From contig JBBRFL010000003.1 in NCBI GenBank assembly GCA_038224325.1, positions 78,140 to 142,139 of the forward strand: 64,000 nt of DNA. The letters run 5' to 3'. Numbering within the stretch: the stretch's first letter is position 1; every line of letters starts with the position of its first letter. This stretch comes from Thermoanaerobaculia bacterium (GTDB lineage: Bacteria; Acidobacteriota; Thermoanaerobaculia; UBA5066; Gp7-AA6). A program made the translations under genes and the position numbers. A model generated the notes under the pieces. The model was not told where the DNA came from and made no database searches. It was given only the letters and a program-made list of their open reading frames with translations. Below are positions 63,395 through 64,000 of the stretch, piece after piece.

Positions 63395-64000
63395 ATGCGC
63401 CGTTCCTTCCTCGCCGGAGCCCTGCTCGCCGCGCTCTCCCTCGGCCGTGCCCCGCGCGCCGGGGCGGAGCTGATCGTGTTCGAGGACGGGCGGGTGGTCA
63501 AGGCCGCGGGGTACCGGCTTCTGCCGGACGAGCTCGAAGTCGAGCTCCCGGGAGGCGGCAGCTATCGCGTGGCGCTGTCCCGCATCGATCGCATCGTGGA
63601 CGACGAGGTCGTGATCGACGCCGTGCGCGTCGAGGGGGATGCGATCCTGCCGAGCCGGGACTTCGATCTCTCGTATCACCCGGCCCGGAAGCCCCTCTTC
63701 CACACGGCCTTCGACGCGGTGATCGACAGCGCGGCCCGGAGGGAGAACATCGACGCGTCGTTCGTGTCGGCCTTGATCCGCGCCGAGTCGAACTTCGAGC
63801 CGCGGGCGATATCCCGAAAGGGCGCTCGCGGCCTGATGCAGCTGATGCCGGCGACGGCGCGGCGGTTGAACGTGCGCCGGCCCTTCGATCCTGCGGCCAA
63901 CGTCTCGGGAGGGGTTCGCTATCTGCGGGAGCTCGTCGACCGATTCGGCCCGCGCCCGGACCTCGTGCTGGCCGCGTACAACGCGGGCGAAGGGGCCGTC
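63395..64000 (+). CDS. lytic transglycosylase (SLT-domain) protein, 3'-truncated by window edge
   Basis: A signal peptide is present (MRRSFLAGALLAALSLG). The SLT catalytic motif is present (ESNFEPRAISRKGARGLMQLMP…AYNAGEGAV). The ORF is open to the window end. Confidence 0.75.
   Translation, partial: MRRSFLAGALLAALSLGRAPRAGAELIVFEDGRVVKAAGYRLLPDELEVELPGGGSYRVALSRIDRIVDDEVVIDAVRVEGDAILPSRDFDLSYHPARKPLFHTAFDAVIDSAARRENIDASFVSALIRAESNFEPRAISRKGARGLMQLMPATARRLNVRRPFDPAANVSGGVRYLRELVDRFGPRPDLVLAAYNAGEGAV

Overview
This is a 64 kb chromosomal window at roughly 70% GC from a Gram-negative bacterium. From GC content and gene content the phylum could be Acidobacteriota, Gemmatimonadota or Myxococcota, but that is a guess. 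The window is densely coding on both strands, and many adjacent genes overlap by 4 nt (ATGA or GTGA), which indicates translational coupling. No rRNA, tRNA, CRISPR array or transposase was recognised. The six-frame track contains many long Arg/Pro/Gly-rich ORFs lying antisense to real genes; these are by-products of the high GC content and were ignored.

Housekeeping blocks, in order:
- a lipid A module, lpxD(partial)-fabZ-lpxA plus a coupled Gfo/Idh/MocA oxidoreductase (GnnA-like)
- purine salvage genes mtnP and a PfkB kinase
- ribH-nusB
- leuS-lptE
- rpsT, carrying an unusual C-terminal (Ser-Thr)n tail encoded by a hexanucleotide microsatellite
- a complete Tol-Pal cluster on the minus strand (tolQ-tolR-tolA-tolB-pal-cpoB)
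- a Dpp/Opp-type peptide ABC importer (substrate-binding protein plus two permeases, no ATPase in the locus) coupled to coaD
- a GT2 glycosyltransferase with an EamA transporter, and ygfZ
- trmH, a CaCA antiporter and a class I aminotransferase
- an NfeD-stomatin pair
- a SPOR protein, lipA, lnt and prfB in a chain of 4-nt overlaps; prfB has its canonical CTT TGA programmed +1 frameshift
- a NUDIX hydrolase
- a thiolase / 3-hydroxybutyryl-CoA dehydrogenase / crotonase module
- a short-form LeuA-like synthase, xerD, and a 3'-truncated lytic transglycosylase

Accessory or unusual content:
- an S55 (SpoIVB-like) serine peptidase coupled to a large secreted beta-propeller/Ig-like protein, divergent from tolQ
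- a candidate bacterial ceramide/sphingolipid-type lipid cluster: SDR reductase, Spt-like alpha-oxoamine synthase, GNAT-fold acyltransferase and a PAP2 phosphatase
- an archaeal-type (class II) GAPDH-like dehydrogenase next to a zinc-ribbon membrane protein
- an alpha/beta hydrolase coupled to an AMMECR1 protein that has no canonical start codon
- an M1 aminopeptidase coupled to a polytopic membrane protein
- a Hanks-type Ser/Thr kinase coupled to a secreted TPR protein
- a frameshifted DUF1684 gene
- a tandem pair of paralogous secreted proteins of unknown function
- a small zinc-ribbon ORF, a PaaI thioesterase and a NYN/OST-HTH gene in a patch of lower GC
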